From Leidyana gryllorum EB-2025a (Eukaryota > Protista > Apicomplexa): DNA of 64,000 bases. The notes under the pieces are model-generated. The model saw only the letters and a program-made list of their open reading frames with translations, ran no database searches and was not told the DNA's origin. Positions 1 to 12,400 of the stretch are shown here, piece by piece (the stretch's first letter is position 1; each line of letters begins with the position of its first letter). The position numbers and the translations under genes were made by a program. The DNA lies in the NCBI GenBank assembly GCA_048772705.1, contig JBLWGC010000230.1, positions 744,001 to 808,000 on the forward strand. The letters run 5' to 3'.

Positions 1-1285
1 CACCTGCTTGCGAAGGAATTGCGCCGCACTTCCTTTTCCCTAGAAGGCGGAGTTTTGGCATCGTACAGATCATCAAAAAATGCAGCTAGCATTTGGTTGA
101 TGCGAGTATCAATTGGGACTGCCTGCATGGCCCTCAAGCCGTACAAACAGATACAATCGGCCACTTTGGGTCCAATGCCGCTGATGAATTGTGTCTTGAT
201 GGATGTCCCGGCGGGTATGTCTTACCGATATCGTTCGGAGAAGAAGAGAGCAGCTGTTTCATAGCTCAACAGATTCTGGGCGATGGCGTCGCGCATAATG
301 TCCAGAGCGTTGGTGCCAGAGCCGCTTTGTAACGAGTGATGCAGGGATGGGTAGGAGGCTAATTTGGTGAGGACATCGCTGGGAGAGTGCGTCGAGTGGC
401 TCTTGTCGCTGTGATGTTTGTGAAGGTCGTCCCCGATGGGCGACAGATCTGATTCTTCACTATTGGAGTCCTGTTGAGGCCAGGGGTCAAAGTTTTCGCC
501 TTCTGCGCAGGGTGAGGACATTGCAGCGGAGTTCGAATTAGCGAGAGCGTGGCGGGTGAACTCTGTATCCCGGTGAAGGAGTGTGATGGCCGCGATCAAA
601 TGCGAGCCTCGGTACCCAAAGTTGAGATTACGCAGGAAGTCCTCTGTGAAATGAGGGTTGGAGACAGTGTCTTGTAGATTGGGGAAGGTCGCTGGAGGGA
701 AGTCGGGTGGCCACTGTTGTGCTCGTGAGGGTGCGAGGTCAATGGGAGTGCCAAAGTGGCGCGCGAAGGCCAAGACCATGGCAGTGATCCGTTGTATATT
801 GCTATTTTGACTGCATATGAAGGAGACGAAGACCTCGAAGGCGTCCTGATTGAGGAAGCGCACTCCTTCTGAGAGCTCAATAACTTGATCAAATACATTT
901 GAGTGTGCGATCCAGCTGCGAGATTGGGTTGGAAGGGAGGTGGTAGTTGTTGGGGGGGGATATACCTGTTTCTGAATTTACTCAAGTCGATGTCATTGGG
1001 TCTTAAAGATAGATATGCAGCGAGATTGGATTCGCATTGCTCATTCGAGTGGCCATCGGAGAGACATTCCCATATTACATCATCGCCATCTTGTTGTAGT
1101 TGAAAGGCGCAGGTGCCCAGAACTCCGTGGAAGAGGTTATCATCAAGGGGTGATTGACGCCATCTGAAAGCCTGTCCTGCATGATGGGGGGTGATTGAGG
1201 CGTTTACGGGGGGTGGTGGGTAGTTACCGCTGCAAAGAGTGAGTTTAAGATTGCATTTGCGTTGGTGACGTTGAAGAATGGGCAT
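1..1285 (-). CDS. OGG1: 8-oxoguanine DNA glycosylase (HhH-GPD), spliced, 3' end runs off window
   Basis: Joining exons at GT-AG introns (~1178-1228, ~917-966, ~183-225) gives LTLCSGQAFRW, GVRFLNQDAFEVFVSFICSQNSNIQRI, NFGYR and GIGPKVADCICLYGL..AVPIDTR, which are OGG1 motifs with catalytic Lys and Asp. Confidence 0.93.
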
Positions 1286-1352
1286 TCCCTGCCACTCTTG
1301 GTTTTTGTGAGTGGGAACTTGACGGGTGGCGAAGGATAATTTTGTTTGAACG

Positions 1353-4300
1353 ATGTGGTGGAATCAATGCTTTCTGCTGTCAGTGCTGCTAGTTAGTCGA
1401 AGTGTATTGGGGTCGGCGCTTGGGCCTATACAGCTCATACGGCCCGGTCAGAACCACGCGTATCTTGAAACGGTGCCTGAATCACTGGCGAAGCTGAGAA
1501 ATATCAGACCACCTGTGGCAGTGATATCTGCTGTTGGTGCAGTGCATTCGGGAAAGTCTTTCTTGCTGAATCGTTTATGGGATGCCCAAAGCAATGCTGC
1601 CGGATTTGCGGTTGGATATACAGTGAAGCCAGAGACGAGCGGGTTATGGATGTGGGAAAATCCACAACGTCGAGGTGGCACTGCCATAATATATCTTGAC
1701 ACGGAAGGCTTCTTCTCACCCAATGTCACTGAGACCTATGACGCTAAACTCTTTGCGATATCCACCCTTCTCTCCAGCGAAGTTATCTATAACACTGTCA
1801 AGTTTATCGGTACGTAACTAACGTGCCGCCCTCTCAACGTCCGTCTCTTTCAGACAACCATCACTTGGAATTGCTCGAGCTTTTGATTCGTCGAACAAAT
1901 CTGTTTGGTCTGAGGGCTTATGCCCGCCACAATCGGGCTGTTGCTGGGAACAACAGCACCAGCGGGGCCCCCATATCCAACCTGGCCAGCTTTCTACGTG
2001 TATTGCTGCCTAACCAGCTCAGTTGGGTCATCCAGGACTTTGTCCAAGATCTCCGTGGCATCAGTCCGGAGGAGTGGCTCCAATCCCTCATTGACCTCAC
2101 GATGACTAAATCTGGAGATTCTGTTGGAGGTTTCTTCACCCATATTGACTGTGTACCATTGCCAGTGCCCGCGACTGATCCTGAGGTAAGTTTGCTGCTG
2201 CCGCCGCCGCGCGCATTGGCCCCTCTTCACTTCCTTTCCGCAGACATTGGGCAAGCTGGATCTGGTGGATCCGCGACTGTTGAATCCTGCGTACATAAGC
2301 GCCGTCAACGTTTTCCGCGAGCGGCTAATTGAGAGGGCCATCCAGCGACCGAAAGCCAAGGGAGGGACTCTGAGCAGTCAAGTCAATCAGCCTATGATGT
2401 CGGGGTCCGACTTGGCCGACTTGGTGCAGTTCCTCGTTGCTGCCGCCAATGGGGGGGATGAGGGGTCCATAGCCTCTGCGGAGGGCGAGCCTTTCCCCGA
2501 AGTGCCTTCAATTAATCAGCAGTTCAGTTCATTGCAGCTGCGACTGATGAAGTCTGACATTATAGCCATTGCGGAACGCGACCTCACCCACGCCATTGAG
2601 AAGGCTTACAGCCACAAACAGCCATTGGCTCATTATCCCTTCGAAAAGGAGCGCACGTCGGCCGAGAAACAGGCGCGTATTCTGTGGGAGTAAGCGTTGA
2701 GTTGAATTGAATTGAGACATTCCTTTGCAGCTCTTCTGTGCGCGGATTAGTGCGAAGCGACGGTCTCGCTGACGAAGTCAAGAAGGCTTGTCAGGTAACG
2801 TTGTATGGAGTTTGGTGGATCGGTGTTGACGGGTACTGTTGTCTCGCGCAGGAGTTTGACGAGGGGCTGCTGGAGGCGTTTGACCGCGCTGCGGTCCACA
2901 ACTGCGAGCTGATCGATACGTGGTGTACGGATTATGCGGGTGAGCTGCGGAGTGAGCATCAGGAATTGGCCAACAAGTTGGTAAGAGGGGGAGCGAAGAA
3001 AGGTGGGAGACTGCTGTCGTCAACTCAGGGGCTGACACCCAAGAATCCTGATGAATTAATGCAACAGCTGCAAGACAGTGCCGACAGACTATGTGGACTG
3101 TGGGTCGCGAGTTCGGCCAAGGAACGAGGCGGATGGGATATCGGGGGTCATTCCTGTTGCAAAGGGCTCGGGGAGACCGAGTTTCGCTCGTCTCTCCAGG
3201 AGATCACCAAACAGGCGAATGCTGCGAATGATAAACTGATCGTTGACACGTTGGACAAAATTCTGCGAGAGGTTCTGACGTCGGCTCAAAACAATCTGAA
3301 CGACGCTGCGGGCCAACAACTGTTCGTCAACAGTCCCGAAAAGAAGATTGCCGAGTTCTTTGTAGATCTGAAGCAAAGATGTTACAAATCGTTCGAAGAT
3401 CTCACACTCCCGTATCAAAATCTGGGTGTCTATAAGGCCAAACACAAGGAACTCGAGAAAGCACTCCTCAAACACCATCAGGATGTCATGACCCACTGGA
3501 CACGCCGGTGCACAGATGTGGCAGAGGTGAGCATTTCATGAATAATAATACTATTCTTCTTCCCACGTCTCGTAGGACTTCCTCAAAACCAGTTCCATCC
3601 GGTTCCCCTACACGCTCAGACGTGCCGTCTCCTTACCGACGGACGAACCCGTCCTCCACAGTGTCATTGAGAGACAAACCACTGAACTACGCAAACAGTT
3701 CGAAAAAGTCGTGTTCTGTCATCAAAGTCAGCACGGGAGACCGTTTGTCAGACGACTGGAGCAACAGGTCAAGGAGGCCTCAGAGGCTCTGGTGCAACAG
3801 AACGTCAATGCAATCAAAGAGATATCGGGCCGACCACTCAGAGACCTCAAGGAGACGCTAATGAAGGAGGCTCAGAGCTATTATAACCCCTCTCGTTTCC
3901 AGACTGACGCACACCGCCGCACACTCGAAGCTCTGAGACTCGCACTCACAGACTACGACGCGGGCAGTGGAGACAAGGATGAACAGACACTCTCAATGTC
4001 CCACGCCCTGCTGAACAGAGTTGCAACTGCCTTCGTGGAGGAAGACCTCAAGCAGGCGCGCTCCCATATCATGTGTGGCATCTGGGTGATTGGTGGTTTG
4101 ACCTTCGGCACATTCTTCGCTGGTTACAGTCTCTTGAAGTCGGTGGACGCCGGCCACTACAGCTCCGCCGCCTTTTGGCTCGTCGGCGGCGTGGGGACGT
4201 TCTGCTGCTTAGTGATGGATTCACCCAAGAAGCTGGCTCGGGATTTCTTGAGCGCGTGGTCGGGGCGAGGCGTCGGGGTGTTGATCACAAGCGTCTTACT

Positions 4301-4625
4301 CATAATAGGAGTGGCGTGGTACAGAAAAGCCTCATACCGCTACGACCCCTATCTGGTGGACTCTATCCCCAATTCTGTGCATCCGAGCACTATCCCTACA
4401 ATGACGAACACCCCCATCGGGGGCCAACCACGGTACTCCACCACGCCTCAGAAGCATCAGACTATCCGAGCAAGTCTGGCAACCGACAGTCAACGGCGTA
4501 TGGGTGGCTTCCACTCCCAGATGGGATCTGATTCGCGATCGCAAGTGGCCAGTACTCAGTATATGCCGAGTGAGTACCGGAATCCGGAGAGTCAGCAGCG
4601 AGCGTTTGGGCCTTATCCCCGATGA
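1353..4625 (+). CDS. Guanylate-binding protein/atlastin-like large GTPase with signal peptide and 3 C-terminal TM segments (multi-exon)
   Basis: G1 GAVHSGKS, G2 PETSGLWMW, G3 LDTEG, YDAKLFAISTLLSS, WVIQDF; ORFs 1353/1823/2247/2738/3711 joined by short introns (e.g. 1810-1853); helical stalk; hydrophobic segments at ~4070-4325. Confidence 0.88.
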
Positions 4626-4668
4626 TTGTGTGAAGACAGGGAGCAGGAGGGATTGTCTTGGTCGATTC

Positions 4669-4740
4669 TGTGTGTGTGTGTGTGTGCGCGTGTGCGTGTG
4701 CGTGTGTTGGTCGATCCTGTGTGTGTGTGTTTGTTTGTTT
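4669..4740. repeat. Imperfect (TG)n microsatellite
   Basis: tgtgtgtg tracts between two convergent 3' ends. Confidence 0.85.
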
Positions 4741-4783
4741 GACGGACGGACGGATATCGCAGGGCCACAAAAAGGGGTTTGTA

Positions 4784-7066
4784 TTATATGTCATCAGGAG
4801 AGATGTGTTTGATGGTGTGGTATATCAGTTCACAGTCGCTCTCAAACTCTCTGATGAAGCAGTCCACTTTGTTGAGATACGTCTCGCCACCGAGAGAGGG
4901 CGGGACCAAAGGAACGTTATTGGCCACGAGCAGTTCCAGAGTGGCTGTGTCACCCCGCAACTGTGGGATTTCTGATAGATGCACTCCATGTTCATCACTC
5001 AACAGTGTGGAGGCATCCTGTTGGGAGGCAAGTAGAAGTCGAAGGGTGGGTGCTACAGCTATAACCTGACGACAGCAAACAGTGATATGGAGGGTGGATC
5101 CGAATCGAGGAGAGGGGATCAGCGGAGAGACACGCAGCTTATTGAGATATTCCGAAACCTTTTGTGTATGCCCCATCAGACAAGCTAAGTGAAGACGATT
5201 CACACCTAAACACTCGAAGATTGCTTCACATCTCTGACGGGGTACATAAGTATCAACAGCGTCCAAATACATGTTGTACGTATGACAAGCTGCTGCTCTC
5301 TGTAACAGCCAATCGAAGCCTCCCGAGTCCTTCCAGTACTTTGTCGCCTCTTGCTCCACCTTGGTCAAAGTGCTCAACACCACACTCGCTACCTTGTCGT
5401 CGCCAACAACTTCTGTCGCCAACAGCTGCTGACCCACGCGAATCAATTCCACCTTCCGCTCCTCCACGATCCCACTTGTACTCAACGTCACTGCTTGCCA
5501 TCCGATTGTGTGTGTTTCAGCTGCAGCGCTGAGAGTGACAGTCTGAGTTTCAACATAAATCTTCTTCAATTCCTTGACACGACGGATATATCTTCCCGCC
5601 GCTGCCGGTTGGGGCCGCAGACACCCCGCAGCACCATACCGCCGTAACAGCGATAACACTTCTTCATCTTGTATAGCTTGTGCAATGTGAGCAGGACTTA
5701 CACGGTCCACTGGAGTCAACATCTTCAGAATCTTCCGCCGCCGACACCGTCGCAACCAACCACCTTCTCTGGCGAGCAGAGCCGTCAAAAATGGTCTGCC
5801 CGCCCCCGCCGCAATGGCAACGTGATAAGCGCTACCGAATGAACCAAACTCCTCTTTGACGTCCCAATCTGCGGCCTCCACAGCATTCAGGGCCGACAAA
5901 TCTCCCATCAAGCACGCAGCAAATAAGGGATTGACCCAAGCGGCTGCCTCGTAGGCCTCAAGACCTCTGCGTAGCCAGCGAAGGGCGTGGATACTTCGCA
6001 GCTGACGATCGGGTTCAGCAGCAGCTGACTCGAGGATGTCCTCAAAGTCTATATCATTGAAACGCGACAGAATAGCGACTCGTTGCCGTCGTGTTAGAGG
6101 CTTCAAGAGCTCATTGGCCGCTTTTGACTGATTTCGACAGAACAAAACCTGCACTCGTTTGGATAGTGCCCGCAACTCCTCCTTCCTGCGACTGATCTGG
6201 TCTGGCGAAAGCAGTCTGGTAGTCTCTTGGACCAATATTTGGGCTGGAAGAGTGTTGCGGGGGGAGGATGCCGATGACTGACGCGACCGGCCCTTTCGTA
6301 GAGTCATCTGAAGCTCAGTGGCTTTGTTGAGTATCTCATTAACGTCGACAGTATACGCACGCACATATCTGCGGCAGGCGATAGCTGAGCCTCTGTTGGT
6401 CGGATCAGCTCCATACTGGAGGAGTTTGGCCAAAGAGAGCGGTTTCAGACAGAACTCGGCCAGACCGATGGCAGTGACACCACCTTTGAAGACGTAATCG
6501 ATCAGCCGTAATCGATCTGAAGCCGATAGTGATCCCAGAATCTCTTCTATCATTGCACAGGAGAGATTGTCTGACCATTTGCCAACCAACGCCAACAAAA
6601 TTGTTGTCCCGAATTGTGGAGAGATCAGCCGGGGATCTCCGCCAACATCAATAGCGTACTTGAGCGCCCCAAGGGATCCTCGCCAACACGTGCCGTGAAC
6701 ACACGTACCGAAACTGGTCATCAGGTTCATGGCATACGCTCCGTGCTCTTGCAGCTCGGCGGTAGAAAGCTCGCGCCAGGGCGCCTGAGCAGCGAGTCTC
6801 ATGAAACGTTCGCACCGCTCATTGTTCTCCAGAAACATATTGACGGCCGCAAACTCTCGAGGGCTCGTCATGCTTTGAAGCTCATGCTGGAAGTGCTCTT
6901 CATCCTCCTCGGCTCCAGCAGCGAGCCCAGCACTCTGCCTTGCGATCAGATGCCGTAGCCGATTGTACCTTTCTTCTCGCCGCCGCCGCAGTATCTCATC
7001 ACAAAGGAGCTCATTCAACTTGTTCGCATTCACAAGCTCCGAGAACCAGCTGGTTTCACCCTCCAT
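4784..7066 (-). CDS. Ankyrin-repeat protein, 760 aa, intronless ORF
   Basis: ANK-like units: GVTAIGLAEF..LLQYGADP, VNPLFAACLMGD, FGSAYHVAIAAG, VNRLHLACLMGH, FGSTLHITVCC. Confidence 0.75.
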   Translation of the reverse strand: MEGETSWFSELVNANKLNELLCDEILRRRREERYNRLRHLIARQSAGLAAGAEEDEEHFQHELQSMTSPREFAAVNMFLENNERCERFMRLAAQAPWRELSTAELQEHGAYAMNLMTSFGTCVHGTCWRGSLGALKYAIDVGGDPRLISPQFGTTILLALVGKWSDNLSCAMIEEILGSLSASDRLRLIDYVFKGGVTAIGLAEFCLKPLSLAKLLQYGADPTNRGSAIACRRYVRAYTVDVNEILNKATELQMTLRKGRSRQSSASSPRNTLPAQILVQETTRLLSPDQISRRKEELRALSKRVQVLFCRNQSKAANELLKPLTRRQRVAILSRFNDIDFEDILESAAAEPDRQLRSIHALRWLRRGLEAYEAAAWVNPLFAACLMGDLSALNAVEAADWDVKEEFGSFGSAYHVAIAAGAGRPFLTALLAREGGWLRRCRRRKILKMLTPVDRVSPAHIAQAIQDEEVLSLLRRYGAAGCLRPQPAAAGRYIRRVKELKKIYVETQTVTLSAAAETHTIGWQAVTLSTSGIVEERKVELIRVGQQLLATEVVGDDKVASVVLSTLTKVEQEATKYWKDSGGFDWLLQRAAACHTYNMYLDAVDTYVPRQRCEAIFECLGVNRLHLACLMGHTQKVSEYLNKLRVSPLIPSPRFGSTLHITVCCRQVIAVAPTLRLLLASQQDASTLLSDEHGVHLSEIPQLRGDTATLELLVANNVPLVPPSLGGETYLNKVDCFIREFESDCELIYHTIKHISPDDI

Positions 7067-7204
7067 TTGACATAGCTACCTACCTTGCCTGCCCAACAGA
7101 GAGCCACAAATATTAAACTTCTCTCACTCGTCTTCTCTCAATAGATTATACACAAAGCGGCAGGCCAATCTCTCTATTCTCTAAAAGCCACTAAAACTCA
7201 TTCG

Positions 7205-9047
7205 TCAGCATTCCTTGTCGTCCAACCCGCCAGACTCTTCTGGATCCCGCTGTCTCGTATATATCATTACGTCTCGCACGGCCAACAGAACACACACTGC
7301 AGTCCAGCCGACTTGAACGTAATCAGAAATCCTCAAGATCTGCACACCATCAACACCCATCTCCAATATCACCCACCTCAGCTTGACGTTCCAAATCTTC
7401 CTTGTACGCAATCAATGCTGCACAAACGCCGACGCTCTGTAAAGAAGACCACAAGGCCAGCCAAGCAAATAAGAGGTCGGACCTGAGACAACCACTCATC
7501 ATTCAAACATCGAGACCCTAACTCACAAAATAGATTGTAGTTCCTTGGCTTCCTGCATCAGCCATATGCCCCAACTGTTCAAGAGCCCTCGGCATGCAGA
7601 AGCCACAATAGATATTCCCAGCGTTGTCATCGCTGGCGCATAATAACCTTCAATGTCTTCTCCGGGCGTCGCCGCTCTGATTCCCGTTATTGCCAGAGAA
7701 AGCGTCAAAGTGGCAGAGAGAAACTTGAAAATGGCCTGCCACATTATACATCGCTTTTCTCGTAACTGTAACGTCTTGCACATCTCAGTTCCTACTGTAT
7801 CTTCGGGCAGAGCATACTTTCCAGCGAACCGCCATAATAAACAACACGACGAACACGAATTCAGTAACATTTGAGTTCCATACACAATCCAACTCTCTAC
7901 CGAGTACCTGCAACAGAACAAGCCGTCTCACTACCACACGAATGGAACCAAGGACGCTCCAAGTTACATCCAAGCAACCACTTCACGTGACAAGCGCACA
8001 AGGCCGCCGGCTGCGACCTCATAGATATGGAGCGGGCGGGTGGGTGATGAAGCAGAGCAGGCAGACTCATACGCCGGGTTGCCTATTCCCGCGTGCAAAC
8101 GCCGCACACGGAGACATGGATCAGTCAATACTTTGCGTTCAGTACCACAAGCACACACGTGTGTCTCCCAATACTGAGCGGCATGCTGCTACGGCCGCTG
8201 GCGTGAAAACGAGCGAATTGGGTACCGAAAGGCATCTGTTCGTTCTAGCCATTGGCTAAAGTACGAACAATCGAAGACTTATTGATCACATCCCTCAGCA
8301 AGTACCATATACACCGATAGTCGCGAATGCCAGCATCAGAATTGACAACAATGCAACGGAATGGAACACACAAGGATGCCATACTGTACCGGCATTGTAC
8401 AAATCATCACATCGGGTGAGCGCAAGGATATCCCAGTCCGGTTAGCGTGGATACATTACGTACCTGAATCCCAGGTAATTAGCGATGACTAGCTCTAGTA
8501 TTCTCAATAAGAGCCCTAGACGAATGTTGAGTTTCAGACGGTCCATGGTCTTTAATCGCGTGTTCCGCTTCTGTTCGACGACGACTCGCTGGGCTGCAGT
8601 GAGTTGTTGGTGGACAAAGCCCTCAGTGTCGTCGTTATGAGCTTGAGCGGCTTGTTTTTCCGCACGTTGACGAGCCGTTCGATTTCGTTGTCGTCGATGG
8701 AACCGCGATTCACCACAGGGATTGAATTTGAAGTCGTCTTCGGAGTCATCGTCCACAGGAAAATTGGTATCGCTGCTCAGGTCATCCGGAGATATGGGGG
8801 CTCTAGCGTGTGTAGCAGCAGTCTGTAGCCATATACTCTGTTGACGAAGTATAAAATCACGTGTATCATCGCCCATGTAGATGCCGGCGTCTGATAATGC
8901 AAAGGGGGACAGAGTAGAATGCCCACTGGGTGTAGACAAGAGTTGCAAGGTAGGAGTGGGACGAGGAGGTGTGGCCTCGAGAGGTACATCGGAGAGGAGA
9001 TGGTTCAATTGCTGGTGGCGGTGTTGGTGCGGGGGAGGCGTCGCCAT
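7205..9047 (-). CDS. TMEM163/cation-efflux (CDF)-like multi-pass membrane protein, multi-exon
   Basis: Exon join GFR|YSVESW across intron 7908-8463; SSCCLLWRF...REKRC pattern resembles TMEM163 SSAIVLWRY...REYIA; about 6 hydrophobic helices after a disordered N-terminus. Confidence 0.6.
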
Positions 9048-9090
9048 AGTGTACTATTGAATTCGAAAAAGAGTTAAGGAGAATATAAGA

Positions 9091-9378
9091 ATGGGTTGGT
9101 GTGGGAGCAGCAGTGAAAAAGCGCAGCTGAAGAAGGCCAACGCGGACCAACGAAAAGAGATCGATGCGTTGAAGGCCCGGCAAGCACGATTGGAGCTAGA
9201 ACTGAAGAATCTCCGAGAAGCCAGCGGAATTCAATTCAACCCATTAGGGGTTGCGGAAGGAAAAAGAAGCGTGGAAGACATTGAATACCCCTACGTCGCG
9301 ATGCCTAGCGCCTACAACTCACTCTGCGGAGGAACCTTTCATCATTACCACTATCGGTGTAGGTGCCAGCACTTTTGA
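9091..9378 (+). CDS. Short coiled-coil ORF with MGxC acylation-type N-terminus; probably the first exon of the downstream gene
   Basis: MGWCGSSS followed by heptad-rich KEIDALKARQARLELELKNL; splice to 9402 not resolved. Confidence 0.5.
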   Translation: MGWCGSSSEKAQLKKANADQRKEIDALKARQARLELELKNLREASGIQFNPLGVAEGKRSVEDIEYPYVAMPSAYNSLCGGTFHHYHYRCRCQHF

Positions 9379-9401
9379 GTAGACTAAAATTTGCCTGACT
9401 A

Positions 9402-12400
9402 ATGAGCGCTCCGGCGCAACAACAACAACAGAGGCCTGTGCTGCATCTGGAACTGAGGAAACTGGGGGCTCGCACAGAGAGCTTGGGTGGTGGACATGAG
9501 ACACCAAAGTCCACGCGCCGCACCGTCAGCTCGAAGCTAAGTCGCTATGTCAACTTCTTTGAGCGCTCCGCCTTTGTAAAAGCTACCACACTGGACGATC
9601 TTGAGGCTCGACCGTCCTCCGAAGATAATGATCACGACAATGCCCCAATTGCCACACAAACCGCTCGAGCCACCCTCACCACCGTCAAGGTCTCCCCACG
9701 ACCCTCGGCCTTGGACTCGGCAGACTCGGGCGGCACCTCAGCTGCCGACAGACTCGCCAGTGTCCGAGAAATGATCAAACGCTTCGACTCCACCACGGTA
9801 CTCGAGCGTAGAGACTCCGGACCTCTCTCCCACCGCTCGCTACGACGCGGAAGCTCCTCTTCCATCGTCCCAGCCCCTTCAGCACATGCTCCCCCACAAC
9901 GGTCTGCTACATTACAACCAGTTCCAAGTACTACGAGTGCCCCTGGCGCCCCATCTGTCATAGTCAAATGGCAACAGGTGGAGAAAAAGGTCGCTGGGGC
10001 TGTTGTTGGCAAAGTCTGGAGAAGATGTGAAACAGAAATTCCGCATACCAATGTTAATTCGCCCCGGGGCGCTCTATCCGAGAATTCCTATGAATCAGAA
10101 CCGCCCGTCAAGGCGGATACATCATTTGCGCCAATCGGAGAAGGAAATGAGGAAGACTCTGTCGAGTCCGCCTCGTCACAAGCTTCTAGCCGGGGAGGAG
10201 TGCCTACCCGGGCTGACCCACTCCCACGCAAGATGCCAAAGGCCGACAATGCCTCTAAAACTAAACGAGCATCTCATTTTGTCGCGATACGGATTGATGA
10301 CTCGGAAGTTGTAGAGGCTGTCAGAAGGTTCCAGTCAGAACTGACGAATTCTGCTCCGTTCCTGGATCACTGTCGCAGTAACTGCAATAAGCTGCATCTG
10401 AGTGAGACGACGCCTAATCTGTCCTGCGAACCACTTTCACTTCCGCAGCCCTCCTTGTCCTCAGTCTGGGCACCGCAGAGATAGAGAGAGCGAAAACAGC
10501 ACTCGTGACAGGTACGTCTCCTGTGCGGAAAGTGTGTGCGAACACACTCGTTCACAGGTGTGCGGCGATTCATGACTGCTAAGGCGGCCATGTTGGCAGG
10601 CTTGAAACAGGGTGAGAACATTACGGGTACGCCCAATAAGCCTCGGCGGTCGAATGGTGCTACGATGTACAACTATGACTACAATAATTCCCGTTATTAT
10701 GGACAACCGTCTGGCTCGGCCAGCGAAAGCGATCAACACACTTCGCACCTTGCGTCTACGGATGCGGAGGTCTCACCACAAGACAGCGCCTTTGACTTGG
10801 ATTTCCGCACTATAGGCGCGTTCGGTACTCGCGTCCTTTTCTGTAAGTTACCGGAGGTGCTCGGATTTTATCTTGTGGAACTCCTCCTTTGCATCATCTA
10901 CTTTGTGGACCAGACTCTGAGTCCAGTCTAGTGAATGACGTGTATTGGCCTACTACTACCACTACTTCTTCTACTTCTTGACCATGGATGCTGAAGAACT
11001 TGGTGTCGATCGGTTGGACAGCGCCCCTCTTACGGACAGCTTGGTGAGAGAAGTGGAGTGTATGGTAACTGCAGACAGTGCCCTAAACGCCATTTCTTCC
11101 GAGTTTCTATGTATCTGAAGTGCTTGTCGGCCGCCGCTTGGTGATTCTGAAATTCCAAAGTGGAGAAGACAGCACGTGTCCCCATTTTTCGAGGTACTGG
11201 GGGCATATATGCGTCACTTGTCAGCCATGTTGGAGCGTAGAGGTTACAGCTAAGGTTGAGGGCTTCGTGCTCCGGGCGCTGGAGTTCTCGAAATCTCCGC
11301 TGAGGCTTAATCTTACCAAACTACGACACGGGCGCTGTCCCTCCAGCGACAATGTGCTCTTCTGCTTCTTCTCTGTCTCTTTCTCGTGCTCTCCAACTAC
11401 CTCCTCGTGGAGTATTATCTCTTTTACTCGTTGCGCTCTTCGCTTTGACTCTCTTCTCATCACTCACTTATCGCCAATTGATCCTTGCCATTTGTTTATG
11501 ACGTCGGGCTGCCTCCCGGGCACAATGATCGGCCTAACATCGTAGCCCGTGTCAGTCCTGCACTGCTTCCTCCCCCACCCCGCCGCCTGTTGCCCTCCGT
11601 CGAGTGTTTGATGAGTTCCTGGTGTGGTCGCTTCTGTGGTCCCACGTCATATGTGCCTTGTTGCAGTGTCCCCGCCCTTGCGCCAACGGCTTCTCTTGCA
11701 ATGTTTCCACGTTGAGTTGGCCCGAGCTTTTGGCGATCAAGGTATACCTATAGTCGGAGCGGGCAGTGGATGGAACTCTGCCATGGAAATCCAGAAACAG
11801 GTTCGTGGGGAATGCGCGCCGGCAGAAGCTCCGCCGCCACCGCCGCCGCCACCTCCACTCCCTCCTCTTTCGACTCAACCAACTCGCTTACAATCACCAG
11901 TTCAGTGTTCGGTGGCGCCGAGGGCAGTTCCCCCAACCATGTCAGAGAGTAACAGCCGACCATCTTCGTCAGCAGCCCAATCGGCTCCTCCGTTGCGCGA
12001 GTCGGAACCTTCCCCGACACCACCCGCCGTCAAATCTTCCAAGGCGCAGTTGCCCACTCCTCCTCCCCCGACTCCTCCGCCGCCAGCCGCTCTCATGGCG
12101 GCCAGCGGACCCTACCCTGAAGTTGCTACAGCCCTCGACAAAGCTCTTATCCGCCAGTACGACTTGTCCAGTGCCCGTACTACTCTATACATTCCTCAAA
12201 TTACCCTCTTTAAAATATCCAAAGCAGCGAAGAGAAGCAAGACTAAGGGAGCCCAGGCTCCAACCGTCGTGCCAAAGTAAGTCCACCGCACCTTTGGGCG
12301 GCTTAACTCCTGAGTATGCTGTGTGTACAACTATTTACATGTGTGTAAATATGTGTGTGTGAGGGAGACGGCGATATTCCTCTTGGTCAAAACCTTTGTT

